64,000 bases of DNA from Mytilus edulis (GCF_963676685.1 NC_092351.1:84382001-84446000); one strand, 5' to 3'. Counted from the first letter of the stretch, positions 24,407-38,904 are shown. Numbers and translations are program-made. The notes: generated from the letters alone by a model not told the origin.

Positions 24407-27400
24407 GGATAATTTCCTAGCCTTTTTCAATGCAAAGGGAACTATGGCCTATAATGATACAAATCAAGCTATGACAATTTCAACTTTTTCATTGTGAATC
24501 AAAAACTGTCATATGCATGAGGTTTTAGTCTTCTAATTTTGTCGTAAGCCATAATATGAACTTGATGACGCCAAAACATTTCTTGTAATTAGAAAAGACA
24601 TAAATTTGCAATTGAAAAATTTTGTTGTTGAATTGACTAATTGTAACTGCCAGGAAGATTTACGTCTACAATTATTTTTCTTATAAGTATTTTGAATAAA
24701 GTTACTTACAGTTCTCAAGAGGGTTTTTCGATATATATTTCCAAATAGATCTAGCACAGAAAGATTCCACTATGATTGCCTAAATGTTATGTTACACTCT
24801 GCACACACAGATTTAGTATTTTTCAAGTACACTTCTCAATATCTTCTTGTCCCGAATGAAGTGATGTCAACAGATAAGAATTATTTGGCCTCTATATTCG
24901 ACGCAATAAAAGTCACGATAATCAGATAAATATATATAGCACCTGCAGATCACATTGAGTGCATACATTATTGTTACTTTTGATTCGTTACCTTTACGAA
25001 ATCGCTGTATCCTTACAAAAATATTTGACTGTTTCAGGAAGAAAAAAAAAAAACACTTCCGTTATAGGAACAATATTTTGAAGTAATATATTCAATATTT
25101 CATTTCAGTATTCAATAATTATGGACATTGTTAACCACAGGCTATAAAACCCGTTATACTACTTGAAAATAAGTGTTTTATTAGTAAAATTCGCTTTTTA
25201 AGGATTCAGATTCATAATATAAAAAAATCAAGGGTGTTATAAAATCTTATATATAAATGGTTGGAACTATCTTTATACCTATTTTACCTTTTACAAAAGA
25301 GATGCGAACGATACCGAAGGGATATTCAAACTCATAAATTGGTAACAAACTGAAAATGTCATGGCTAAAAAAAAGCTCGAAAAGTCTAGTAACAGGACAC
25401 ACCATTAACTGCATAAGAGAGATGTAAAATATCAAAGAGACATTCAAACTCACAAGTCAAAAATAAACTGAGCAATTAGATAGACGCGTTAAAGATATTC
25501 ATCAAACTTTTTAGTTTTAAAAATAGCGGAACGTGAAATTATAAAAGGCTAGTCTGTTCGTTCTTCCTAAGAAGCTCCTACAAGAAGTCAGCCGCATGTG
25601 AATAAAAGAGCACTCGTCATGAAGGGGAGCACAGTTGTTTTTATGGGAATGCAGATTGTTTGTTGTACACATTGTTAATCAAACATCTTGATATCAGTTT
25701 CTTTTAAGATCCTCCCTATGGCAAGATACTTGTATCTAGGATGGCCATTGTTTATGTGAAACAGTAGTGGCATGACCAATACTATAATATACTCATATAA
25801 AATTGAGAATGGAAATGGGGAATTGTTCAAAGAGCAGACAACAGCCGAAGGCCACCACATCTATAATATGCTTACGATAAAAAATAAACTTTCAAACTAT
25901 TTAAAAATTAAGCCAAATAACATTTAAAAAATGATCTCAAATTCATTTCAGATGATCTAAAAAAAAAGCTAATGCATAAAATTCTTTGTGGTGCTGGAAA
26001 TATAAGGGTGGGGTTAAGAGGAGATGAGCACTTCAAGAGAAGATGAGCACCATCCTTCAAATCCTGGACTATTAAAATCAAATTTTTCCAGCAAATATCT
26101 GCACAAATAACAAAACCCGATCACTTGAAAGATATTTTACAAAGGTCTTTTCTTATTCAAACGTAAATCCAAAATGCTTTTCAACATCAATAGGACATTG
26201 AAGCCTATACCAATGTTTAAAATAATTACTTTCCTATAAATCGTTTTCATCGTTACTTAGAGTTTTTAGACCAAATATCAAATTCTTGCGCCTATCCACA
26301 GCAAAGGAATACATGCAGATGTGGACTCATACTATACCCGCTTATTCTTATAATAAATAATTAGATACAAAAAAGGCTTCATGATGGGTCCCTAAAAAAG
26401 GAGCAGAACTGTATCATGATGTGAAAGAATACTCATACTCATAAACATTAACCTTTATTCTACAAAAAAAAACATTAATTATTCAATAAATTATTCATCA
26501 AATCATACTTTACAGCTATAATAATATGTTGTTAAATAAATGTCAAAATATATTCAGAATTAATGCTTTTGTACAGGCAAAAAGATTTTATTTTCTTTGG
26601 TTTTTCTAGTGATGAAAAAGACCATCAGGAGAGTTTCGCTGGTTGATTTTTCTTTATAGACTTTGATAACTTAATCAAACAGTTTATCAATAGCAAAGAG
26701 TTATGTTTTGTCCAATAAGGGTAGAAAGTTCCAAAATCAAGAAATAAGGAAAAAATTCCAATATTTTTAAAAAGATAATATTGGACAAAAATGACAAAAT
26801 CCCGAAATTCTGCATCTTCTAAGAAGTGTTATGCTTGTTTAATTTGAAATGCTAACGTTTAATGAACAGTTTGTTAAAAGTGTTTACGGTAAATTTAGAA
26901 ATCACTGCTAAAATGCAACAGGGTTGTAATCATTATAATTTAATCTCATATTTTAGATTTTTTTTTATATGAATGAATTGGGATTGTTTTTCTCAGTAAT
27001 TTTTTTTAGTAAATTATTATCGCATTTTGGTCTAAATTGACAAATCGCAATAATCCTACACAAAATAATTTATGGAATTAACAGAATAAGAGTCATCTTT
27101 TTGTATTTAGTATACTGTAAAATAGCATTTCCAATAGGTAAATTTACAACATTCCCTTAAAAATTACAATATCTTCAAAGAAAATTTAATATATAAAATG
27201 AGGTATATACCTGAAATATATGCATTTCATTCTTACAACATATTTCATAACCAAGTATATTCTGTCCAACCTCGTATCTTACCTGCTATTGATGTGATCA
27301 GAATTTAAGTGTAGCAGTGACTGCTAAATACATTTACTAATATGATAAAAATAAGGAGATGTGGTATGATAATGGTTAATTAGACGAATATACACCACAG

Positions 27401-28588
27401 TTCAAATGAACAGATGTTCATAGTAACTTATCTGCACAATATATTTAAGATTAGTTATTTTGGTTTTTCTGGCCTATATCTATATTAAACATAAAAAGTA
27501 AACATTTTAACAGTATAGACATTTTAGTACAGTTTTTCTATCTGTTTTCAAAGTTTACATTTCATATAGAAATAAGAAAATGTGTATATACAATAAAAGT
27601 ATACAGAGATAAGATAAATTAATTCAACGTACACGTGACATAATAAATAAAAAATTTATGAATAAAATACAGTTTACATGTACGTGTGCATCATAGAAAC
27701 AATATCAACTTTCAATCTAATACTATAATGTAATTGAAAAGTAATTCATGATGAGAGAGAATACAATGTGATTCAGTACTTTCAATTACAAATATTTGAA
27801 ATTATTCTGATTTTACATTAATTTAACATTATAAAAAGAAAATTAATCAATTAAAAATATCTATTAAGGTGGTATGGGAGTCTAAATTTAAAATGATAGA
27901 ATTTTTTCATACTTTGAAAAAATTGTATAGGTCACCGTGCATTTTCCTAGGCTACGGGTTATGACAAAATGACACATTGTGTATGGATTATACAGGAAAA
28001 ACATTATTATGTGATTAGAAGCTGAACTGAATGATAGAATTGTAAAATAAAATACGAGGAGATAGCTTTTAGAAAATGCTTTGAGAATATCAAAATAAAA
28101 GATAGGATCACTGTGTGTTTTTCTATGCCTAGAATTCAAAATAGCAAAATTCCTTCAAAAAATGATCTTTTTTAGAGTTACCTACCCTTAAAATGCCAAT
28201 TAAAAAAACATTGAAAATCGAGCTAAAATTATCTTCACTTGTAAAACATTCATATTTATGAGTTATAAGCTTATAAATTTGATCTTTTAAATGAAAATTC
28301 ACATTTGTTAACTGCATTCCTGCAATATATTTTGCTAACTTGATTTAAAATCTGGACCTTACGTTCTCTGTATTTTCATAATCCAAGACGGCGAAAGACA
28401 CCCATACCACCTTAAAAACATGCAAACGTTCAAGCTGCGACGTTCTTCATTTAGGAATAATCTCGATTCATAGTTGGATTGATCCTTTTCAACTTGAAAA
28501 TTGCAAAGCTTGTTGTACCATTTTATTAATTCACAGCAAATTTTCAATAACAACCAGTTTCTGTGAAGTCATTTTTTGTTTTTAATTT

Positions 28589-29793
28589 CTAAAGAAAAAA
28601 TATTATTACAATCAAGCATAAAAAAAAGTTGTAAATGTTGAATATATTGCTATTTTTAGTTGAAGATATAACAATATCCTTCGCATCAACTTTTTCAACA
28701 TAAACTTTAAGAGGCTGGTTATAAAACTGTCCAAAATGAAAGACTCGTCGACTGTACCCAAAGTTATAATTTACAACAGAGACTTCAATAAAACCAGCTC
28801 TGTCGTAATGTAAAAATAAGCTGAGTGGGTTTCCTACCATAACCTTATCAGACCCAAATGACAGGCAATAACCATCTGTAGGCAAATAGCCGAAAAGATA
28901 TTTCCAAACACATTTTGAACATTCTAATAGTACAGTTCTTTTAAAAACTCCGCCATCATGTTTCCCTATCCCGAGCTTAAATAATAAATTGCCACTGTTT
29001 GAATCTTCAAAATCAATAATTATCTTTGTTTGAATAGTTCTCGAGGTTCCAAAGTTTTTAGGGCGAGTAAATATCACAGGAGTTTTAAAATAGTCGCTTG
29101 GATACGTGCCACTAAAATTTTTATTAGACATAGTTTTATTATCTTCAGATATGTATAAACTCGGGTACAAAGTGTAACCATCAAACCCAACTTGATTTGT
29201 TTTAATGGTCATGAAAACAACATGTTTTGTATATGTAGCAAAAACAGGCCATAATGGATGTTTAAATTTGAAGGGTTGAATTCTATGCAACTCTATGGTT
29301 GTCTTTGTGTATGGAAATTTAGCAAGAAACAAAAGTGACAAATCAGAAGGTTGATAATAAAGTATAAAATGCCCTTCAGCAAAATGTGAATTGGTTTCAC
29401 TTTTGAAAATGTCTTTACTTTCAATTAAAACCATATTTCCAATTGAAAGACAGACGCCAAACTTGTTTTGACAAGAGACACCACTGACAGAAAAATATGC
29501 TGGAAACAATAAGTGTGTGCTAATGCTGTCATTTGTTAATCCAAATTCAAAAATAAGTAATTCATTAAACTCTTTTCGTTTAAAAGACATTTGGTTGAAT
29601 TTGATAGAAAATTCTACAAAACTTTCTTGTTGATGAAAAAAAGATGTGTTTGCAAAAACACCTTCATACTTATAAAGTCTACTTGTCGAACCGCAAGACA
29701 TTTTTCCAGTTGGTTTTGTAGCTACAGTCTGATTATCAGCTGATCGACATGCAAATTGACTTGTTACATGAGTGTCGAATTTCAATCCAGTAA
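28589..29793 (-). CDS. TRIM paralogue C, last exon: tandem PRY-SPRY-like repeats and hydrophobic tail (open frame)
   Basis: Acceptor ttttcag|tt, phase 1. KFDTHVTSQFACRSADNQTV, LIFEFGLTND, LWPVFATY, LYISEDNKT, tail FFLCLIVIIFFL*. Clear paralogue of 10250-11463. Confidence 0.78.
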
Positions 29794-29949
29794 CTGAAAA
29801 TATATAAATATATATATGTATATATATATAAAAGAGTTCTTAGTGTAAAATATAATAAATTAAGTAAATAATTTGAAGAAGTAAATCAATCAGCTACAGT
29901 TTAACAATTAGAATAATTTTGACTTTTATTCTTTATATAGCAAAAATAG

Positions 29950-30300
29950 TACCAGTAAGTTTGTCATCGATTCTAGTTACAAGTCCTCTATCTGTGTCAA
30001 TCACGTGTAAAAAAAATAAAGATATGAAGCAGACCTTCTTTTGTGGTAGTATAGTTGGTCTCAAGCTCATTAGGGTATATGCGATATTAGCACCCAGTAA
30101 AATGTTTGTTATTGAGTGACAGAACATCATCTAAATATCTGAAAGTGAAATTAAAGTAATTCGCATGATACTTTTCCCGTTTGTCTTTGCGAAGGTTCTG
30201 AATGAATTCTGCTTCACACGTGTACGAAAACAAATCGGCACGTAGGGGTGTATAATTCATATCCATTAGAATACCGACTGTGTCCTGAAATATCATTCCC
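29950..30300 (-). mobile_element. Penelope-like element reverse transcriptase fragment (intronic, decayed)
   Basis: FQDTVGILMDMNYTPLRADLFSYTCE (cf. QxxGIPMGxNxAPxxADLFL) and FTFRYLDDVLSLNN, followed by GLVTRIDDK. Confidence 0.75.
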
Positions 30301-30524
30301 CCAAACTAACTACAAATGTACCAATTAAATCACAAACTTTCATAAATATACCAATCCTATCTGTAACTGTTTATATCACACGGAAATTAATGTGAAGTAA
30401 AAAAGATGTTAGAATGTTTAACTTTCAACGATACTTATTGAACTCAAAATCCAACTTACATGAAAGTGTTATAATATCAATACACACGAACAAATGCAAA
30501 GTTTCTGCTTGTATTCATACTTAC

Positions 30525-30970
30525 GTTTTCCGTGTTCTATAAGGGTGAGTGGTATCAATAGTATTTCCCGCACAAATATGAAAATACAAGTGGCCAATAC
30601 AAAAAACCAAAATAGGGCAAAAATATGCATCAGGTATTTGGCCATGGGAATGTGTTCTCTGAGATATTGTTCCAATTCAAAAGTATCACCATATGCAAGG
30701 AATCTTTGATAAAGCCTTTGGGCATTTCTGACATTTCGACGCCTCTGTCTAACGTGTTCTTGATTAGGCTGTATAGCGTATGGGATTATCGGGGAAACAG
30801 TTGTTTCAGCTTAAATGGTATTTTTAAAATCGTGTTGATTAAAGATACCACATATAAGACACACTGTTTTACTTTTTGCAAGAAATAAATAAACACAATT
30901 GTTATATTGTTGTAGATATATTTTCCAAAGACATTTAAGGAATTCGCCGCCTGACATCGTCGTTGGTTTC
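30525..30970 (-). pseudogene. TRIM paralogue C, middle (membrane) exon with a frameshift
   Basis: atttgcag|ga acceptor and c|gtaagt donor; 446 nt (not 3n). The entry frame GNQRRCQAANSLNVFGKYI..ILKIPFKL aligns with copy B, then stops at TAA 30786-30788. The B-like remainder (QPNQEHVRQRRRN..IFALFWFFVLATCIFIFVREILLIPLTLIEHGK) is in another frame. Confidence 0.8.
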
Positions 30971-33598
30971 CTGCAAATATTACAAAAAAAATTCAATGTT
31001 TTCTAACATATAGATGATTAAAAGATTATAATGCAATAACAACGATCATCTATGGAAAAAGTTACGATTATCATAATTCTTAAATTCAATACACTCGTTT
31101 AGTTACTATGGAAGTAGTTTGCACCTGAGAGATTTTCATTTAGAACATAATTAGTTGAACTGTTTGCAATTAAATAAATATATGTCGCTCCTCTTCTTTA
31201 TGACATGTATAATACTAATAGTCAATTCATGATTTTAACTTAATGATGTAACTAAAAGTGGCATGTTGACTGGGGACAAACCATGTCGTGAATTGAAAAG
31301 TAAAATTTAAAATCAGATTACACTAAAATGTTAACAGATGGAAATATGAACAAGTTCTTGGTTATCAAACGACTTGTTATGCGAGTTTGAGTGGTAAGAC
31401 TAGTAATCGATCTATTAGGAGGTCATTTACAAAATACAAAAAGACTATATAAAAGGATACAAATATGTGTTCCTTATAACACGACAATGTACAAATAAAT
31501 TATTTCCATCTTTCAAAGTCGAATAAAACTCAAAATAATCTCTGTATGATTCTTATGAACATGATAGATGTTTGATTCACAATACACATATTTTTTTGGT
31601 ACTTTCTTTTCTCTTAGAGCTAATAATGCATATTTTCCTAACTCTTTTTGGTGCTAACCTGCATCTAATTTGCCTATTTACCTATTCGGCAGATCGTGTA
31701 TCCAATGTCATCTTAGATTGTAACAAAAAATAATCGGTTTGGACCGTCACCAATTTGGGAAAAAGAGTGCAAGTCATCTGTATGACTTTACATTGATACA
31801 GGAAAGATGATCAAATTCTGTTTATAACTACGTAAATTTTTACAAACATATTTTATTTTGTAGGTTTCATTTTTAACGTGATAGTTAGGGGATATAAGTC
31901 ATAAAATTAAGATTTATAAAGGCGTCTTTTTGTTGTTGCATTAAACAATTTGGATGACCCTTTGTGTTCTTTATTTTCACAATTTTAGATTTATCGTATA
32001 ATAACTTTATGAAAATCTTTTTTCATTTCCTTTCCGTTTCCATTAAATTAGAATCTGAACTACAGTAAAACATAAAAGTTTCTTAGTTTCATAATAAGAA
32101 TTGTATTTATTGTGTTGTATTATTTACTTTTGTATTATCCTTTAGAAATTAAGAATAACTGATTTTGCAATAGAAATATAATTTGAATCACATTTACAAT
32201 TCAATTGAATAAATGCACGTCATTCTGTTAGATAGTTTGTGTACTTTATTTATCTTCGTGATGTGATTTGGTGTTTGTTTAGTTTTGAACACTTTTATGT
32301 GTGAGAAATTGTAAAAGAGGGGCAAAATATACCATAGGGAAAGTCAAACTCATAGATCGAATATAAACTGACAACGCCATGGCTAAAAAATAAAAAGACA
32401 AACAATTGTACACAAGACACAACATAGAAAACTAAAGACTAAGTAACACGAACCAAACCAAAAACTGGGGATGATCGCAGGTACTCCTGAAGGGTAAACA
32501 GATCCTGCTCCACATGTGGCACCTGTCGTGTTGCTCATGTTATTACAAACCCGGAATACAGTAGACTAAGTAAAATGTCTATTGTGGTAAAATAAATTCC
32601 AAGTTGTATACTTTAAATTAATATTCAAGTAATTGGTATGAAATGCAAGTGTTATCAAGAGTGTTGAATTTAGTTCATTGAATACTAATTTTGTTTTGTA
32701 AATTTCATGAGGGGCTAGAGGTGGCCCTCAGTTCTAAATACTTTGAACTCAGGCCAACATACTAAAACTTTCACATAGGAAAAAAGTAATTACCCTTGAA
32801 ACAAAGACACATTTTTTGGCTTCTCACATTTTGAAGCAATTAAGATTCCTTAATCAAACATTGTTTGTATTGTAATGTTAGTTTTGATTCATTTCCCCAT
32901 GTTTTAACAATTAACATTGGCCGCGATATCTGATCTTAAATTATGTGTTGTATAAGGAAAAAGTCTTAACTCATCAGATGGATTCACATAGAAATACATA
33001 TAACAAGAATACAGATCAGAGATAACTTGCAGTTATTGACAGCAAGTTCAAAGCCAATAACAACTTAGAAAAAAAATCATGCACCCAAGATAAAGACTCA
33101 ATTATCAATCAGTTAACATCCAACATCCAATAGGTTAAGTGTAAAAACGTCACAAACTGTCAGAGAAAAACATGACTAATTGCAATGTCACGATACAGGT
33201 ATCGACATTTTGTGAATCAATGAAAGTGCATGCGTATAAAACAATAATATAAAGTTTGTTTTTAACTTACTGATAACAAAATACATATCAATAACAATAA
33301 AAACTATATTCAAAATCTAATTATAGAGTTAGATTGGTAACTTTTTAGAAAAAGTTTATCTAAAGGATCGATAGGTTTACAAGGATCATTTCTAAATTTA
33401 CGGGTATCGATGTGCTATCCCGTTTGAAACAACTTGTCTACAAACACAAAGCAACTTCAAAACCAAATATACAAATCCAGGATAGTTTATTAATGTTATA
33501 AAAATGTAGGATCGCTATGTCTCGCTTTTTCGACAAAAGTCGAAGGCTCGACGAAAAAGGAACAACATAAGCACTTAACTGCAACAGACTATATTTAC

Positions 33599-34745
33599 CT
33601 TTTGCCGGTTCGATCAAGGACTCCAAACCTTCTTCTCTTTTGGTGTTTTCTAGAAGTTCAACATTACCATTAAACGTGTGAAGATAATCATTGAAATCTA
33701 TATTTGTCTCTGAATCGTTTGTATCGCAAGATGAATCTTCAACTGCTATATTTAAGCACCGCTTAACATGAACGTCTAAAGTCTGATGGACGCTGAGAAA
33801 GGAGCTCATGCTATTGTGGTTTATTAGTTGTTCAGAGAGGCTACAGCATTCACTCGCATTTTGAAGAAAACTGTCTAAATTATGTTTTCTTGTCAAAAGT
33901 TTTGATTCTTTCCTTTTGAAAGCAATAATATATCTATCTATGAGCCTTTGTCTTCTGTTTTCCAATTCTGCAATACCTCTGTTATATATAGCATCCATGT
34001 TTTGAAGGAAATCATCTTTTTCATCTTGTAGTGTATTTGTTTTGTCAAGGACTGTTTGCTTGGTAGATTCGACATGGGATATTCGTGTTCGAAGAGATTT
34101 TGTGTCATTTCCTAATTCACTTTTCCGCTGTTTGAAAGCTGCTTCAATGTCTTCAAGATCATGCTTACTGATGTCTCTATGTTCATCTAGTGCACATGAA
34201 GGACAAAGAACACTTTGACAGTTTGAAGAATTGCAGAAATATTTGACTTTTGCCCTTTCATGATGAGGATTTTGACAAACATCAAGGTTGTCATCTTCTT
34301 CTCGGAATGTCTCGGATTTGTTAATGATAAGATTGTGCGTTTTATATTTTGTTTCGTGTTGACAACGACAAATTTCACAAAGGTTAATATTACATTGCTG
34401 ACATTTAAATGTTATATCAACGGTATTGCCACACTGAGAACATTTCTTAAAAGCATTGTGATCCGAGTGAGTTTGCAAAAATGAAGTCAAATTCCGCCTT
34501 GTGTTATCCTTCGGAAAATCGATTGGTCCATTCTTCTTTACTTTATGTACAGCGTTAAAGGTCGGACATTTAATAGTATCCTTTCGGCGACCGAGCCTTT
34601 TTATACATTCTGAACAAAATGGATGATGACAGGGGAGAAGCCTAGGTATTCGTTCATCTTCGTCGAAAACTTCTGTACATATGCTGCACTCTAAATATCG
34701 ACGCTCTAATTCAGTAATCAAATTGACCGTATTTTTAAATGCCAT
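33599..34745 (-). CDS. TRIM paralogue C, RING/B-box1/B-box2/coiled-coil exon (last RING Cys replaced by Phe)
   Basis: Open 382-codon frame from ATG 34745, donor G|gtaaat at 33599. CPTFN versus CPSCN in copy B. Confidence 0.85.
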
Positions 34746-35490
34746 GCTTCCTCATTCTGAAAAATCATAACATTCTTCTAAGAGTAAGAAGTTAAATCTG
34801 ATAAGTGATTACCGAACTGTGTAAAAAAAACATTAATTAAAGTAGGAAATTTGAAGTAAATAAAAACTTTCTGATTAAGTAAAATGTACACTAATAGTGT
34901 ACAATGATAAAATGAGTTCCCTATTAAATACCTGGAACAGATAATCATTTAAAAAAAAATATTCACCGTCTGTATTTATTTCACGACTACACGGGGATAA
35001 GTACAATACATGTGTTTAATTATTTTATAGATTTAAATTAAATCGAATTTTGGCGTTATTGAACTTTTCTTTTGTACATAATGTTGTATTATAATTTTAT
35101 TTTTAAGGAAAATGAAACGAAACGATACTATAACAGAAATATGCTATGTTTAAAATATAAATTGGTGTCAACAGTTACAGTTTAGTAACAACAGTGAAGT
35201 AAGATTGCCATGCACTGACGTTGGTAATTCTATTCAATTTAGAGGTAAATTTTACGATTCATCATCATAAAGGGTTCTTGGATTGGGGACGCATATTACC
35301 GTGAAATATTAGCAATGTATTATATTTTAAGTATCTCCAATTTAAGGGTACACAGATTATTTCAAAAAATATATTTTTATATTAAACATTAGCAAAGGAC
35401 ATTATCAATTTGAAAATTGCGTAACCTTTGTCATGCACATTACGTTATTACTTGTAAAAGTTATCAAAGATACCAGGATTATGATTTAGT

Positions 35491-35534
35491 ACGCCAGACG
35501 CGCGTTTCGTCTACATAAGACTCATCAGTGACGC
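35491..35534 (-). ncRNA. Solitary type I hammerhead ribozyme of a different family (GUC site)
   Basis: Reverse complement gcgtca-CTGATGA-gtct(tatgt)agac-GAAA-cgcgcg-TC-tggcgt. All core nucleotides are intact and helix III is palindromic. Embedded in a repeat fragment at about 35460-35610. Confidence 0.85.
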
Positions 35535-37549
35535 TCAGATCAAAATAGTTATAAATCCAAACAAGTATAAAGTTGAAAAGCATTGAGGACCAAAAATTTC
35601 AAAATGTTGTGCCAAAAAAAGAAAAGATGAAAATATTTCCAAATCTAAATGCATTCTGTGCGATGATGATGATGGACGTGTTTAACGACCTTGACTGGAT
35701 TTACATCCCTTGCACGGAGAGCTTTAAATATTTTCTGCAGTTGGTGGTCAGTAATAGGTTGAAGGCGCCATTTTGGTGAGTGTCCATCTTGGTTTTGCCG
35801 AGTTGTTTTTTATTTGTTCTGAGCAATACTGTGTGGTTACAATGTATACAGAGTAACTATATAATGTGTCAAACTTTCGTCAAACCTTTGTTCAAGGCTA
35901 AGAAACATATTAATTTAAACGTTCTAGTACGTATGGAATATATTTTTTATCCACGTGCGGTGGCTCTGTAAATTAAACGGGTGTTTTTTAATGTTTAACA
36001 ACAAGTTACTGTATTTTGTATTTTGATAATGTTATTTAAATAATTAAAATAAAAAAAATACAGTCAATGATGCATCAGCACCAAACAAATGAACAGTTAA
36101 AAAGTAACAAAATCTAATTTGAGTTTGAGTTTAAAATCTTAGTCTAAAAAATAACGACATTCGATTTCACGACAATTTATTTAGATTAATTGGCGTCTAG
36201 TCTAAAATATTCACGTAATGTCTATACATTATACTCAGCCTCACTGGCACTCATACCACATAAAACAACAGCTCAAAGTTTTAATATCTAAAAATTGAAT
36301 TTCGGAGATATCTTCATACATTGAAAAATTGGTAATATTTCAAGACACTTTAATAATAAAAGAACAAAGCTCAAATAGTAATCTATGATAATAAAATTTT
36401 TAGTGAACGTTGCGGGCACAATTCTTTGGTGAGACTGTATAATATACAAAAATGCAGGTAGCGAGAGAGTTTGTAGGTTTGGTAAATCGACAAAAAAAAA
36501 ACGGAAATTACCATTGCATGTTATCTGTGAACACTTTGAAACACAATTAAATAGTTAAAAAAACGCTCATTTGTATTAACATGATTAAATAAAACAAATT
36601 CTTACTTTTTATATCCGACGAAGTTTGTCCTCACAGCCGTATTTACATGGTTGTCAAGAGTGTTATGTACTATATATCATTTTGTGTTTGCGCATTTATA
36701 TTCTTTTGTTCGGTTTTTAAAAAAAGGAATAAAGAACTCAGAAGTTTTTTAATGCATACTATCTTTACAGTATAAAAGGTTATCTTACATACGTAAGTTT
36801 CAATGAATGTTTATAAATGTTTCATCTCTCCAGTGCAGTTTAAATTTTGTCGACAAAACATATTCAGTCGCTCTGATTGAATTATATATTGAATTGAAAA
36901 ATTTTACTTACACTTTTGTATAGTTGTTTTGAATGTGTTATGATATAAAACTGCACCGTAATCATTCATAAGTATTCATAGGTAAAATTGATAATTTTTC
37001 ATAGCAAAGTTAAACAATGTTAGCTTCGATATTCCTTATCTGAATGGTGTGGATGGCTATGCATTGTGTACAGATATCCTTAGCTATATAAAAAAATAAA
37101 ACAAGTCAAGATACACTAAAATCAATATTTATCGTCAATTACAACTCATTTTTCTTGCATTTTCTTTTTTCATAGGTCAATGAGTAGTTTAATTTCAGTT
37201 GGATTTGTTATTACCATTTGTATCTTAATCAAACTTATAAAAAAGTGGTAAAAGATACCAGAGGGACAGTTAAACTCATAGATCGAAAATAAACTGACAA
37301 CGCCAAGGCTTAAAATAAAAAGACAAACAGACAAATAATAGTTCAAAAAACACAACACAGAAAACTAAAGACTGATCAACACTAACCGCACCAAAAATTG
37401 CTCATCTCAGGTGCTCCAGAAGGGTAAGCAGATCCTGCTCCACATGTTGCACCCGTCGTGTTGCTCATATAATGTATGATCATTCGATTTTTATACATTC
37501 ATGCCTTTCACAAATTCTTTTTTGAGAGTTGCTGATGAAAGTAAATATA

Positions 37550-38858
37550 GATAAGAGGCTCTCAATAGCCTGAATCGCTCACCATGAAATTGTTTGCTTA
37601 AATCTTTTATCAATGATTATTTTTGCTTTTTAAATATATATCAATGAGTGGCATAAAAATGCCATTTGAATGGTCTTCATATTTTTCATATTTCTCCAAA
37701 CGCAAATTACCCCTTTGTTCCATTTTAGTCATAAATATGATGTTTTTTGACGTACAAGGAAATAAAATGCAAAATTTATACTAGATCTTCTGAAGTCTTT
37801 TAGTCCAAGTTTGGCTGAAATCTATTCAGCAGTTTCAAAAGAGAAGATTTTTTTAAAGAAGGCAAACTAGATGAAAAAATTGTGGAAAATTTGTATTCAA
37901 AGGGCAATAACTCCTTAAGGGACCAACTGTCAATGTTAATCTTTTAAGTATAAAAATATGATCCCTGATTTGACTGATAATTTCAGGGCAGGTATACCTT
38001 GACCTAATAAATACGTTTTCTCTGATTTCCTCTAAATGCTTTATATTTTGAGTTATAAGTATTTTAAGCCATGGTAACCATGTTTTCTGAGGAAAAAGAA
38101 ATGCTTAACTAACTTTATTCTAGATTACCTAAAAATCATTCAGCTTAAGTGGCTTAATTTGATTCAATAGTTTCAGAGGAGAAGTATTTTAACGTTAATA
38201 AAATAATAAACAAATTGTGTGAATGTACGTAATCTTTATCTATAATAATATTCAAGATGATAAACAAACAGTACAAAATTTTCCTAAAATAACACATTTA
38301 GAGATAGCAAACCAACAATGGGTTGTCAGGTTCATTCGAAAATGTCAGAGCTGATATAATTTTACCTACTGAACACGTTTAAGTCCGATTTGCTCTAAAT
38401 GCTTTAGTTTTTATAGATAAGCTCAAAACTGTTTTTTATCCCTATGTTCTATATTTAGCCGTGGCAGCCATGTTTTTTTACGAAACAGAAATAAAACACA
38501 TGTACAAACTTTTTTCTAGATACTCTAAGGATCATTTAGCTTAGGTAGGCTTAGTTTAATTAGTTCTGTAGTATGAGAAGAGAAGATGTTTGATATAGTT
38601 TACACGAGTGCCACAAATGGAACAGGATCTGCTTAGCCCTTCAGAGCACCTGAGATCACCCCTAGGTTTTGTGGGGTATGTGTTGTTTCTTCTTTAGTTT
38701 TCTATGTTGTGTCATATGTACTTCTTCGATTTATGAGTTTGACCGTCCCTCTGATATCTTTCGTCCCTTTTTTTACCCCGGACGGACGATGACGATGGAC
38801 GACGACGGACACCAAATGATGGCAATAGCTCACATTTTCGTCGGAAAGTTGAGCTAAA
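37550..38858 (+). mobile_element. Old Helentron-like non-autonomous element with decayed internal repeats
   Basis: 5' agaggctctcaa..gcctgaatcgctcacc, decayed internal repeats, (GAC/GGAC)n microsatellite, and a 3' hairpin tagctca..tgagcta followed by an A-run. Confidence 0.5.
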
Positions 38859-38904
38859 AAACACATTGGTCGCATGAAATTTAGAACGTATTGTTTTCAT
38901 TTTT

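Noticed and set aside
35108-35123. ISRE-like GAAAATGAAACGAAAC near TRIM-C (also gaaagtaaaagt near 45757, upstream of the cGLR)
   Set aside because: Fits an immune locus, but such A-rich motifs are common by chance at this AT content and the transcription starts are unknown.
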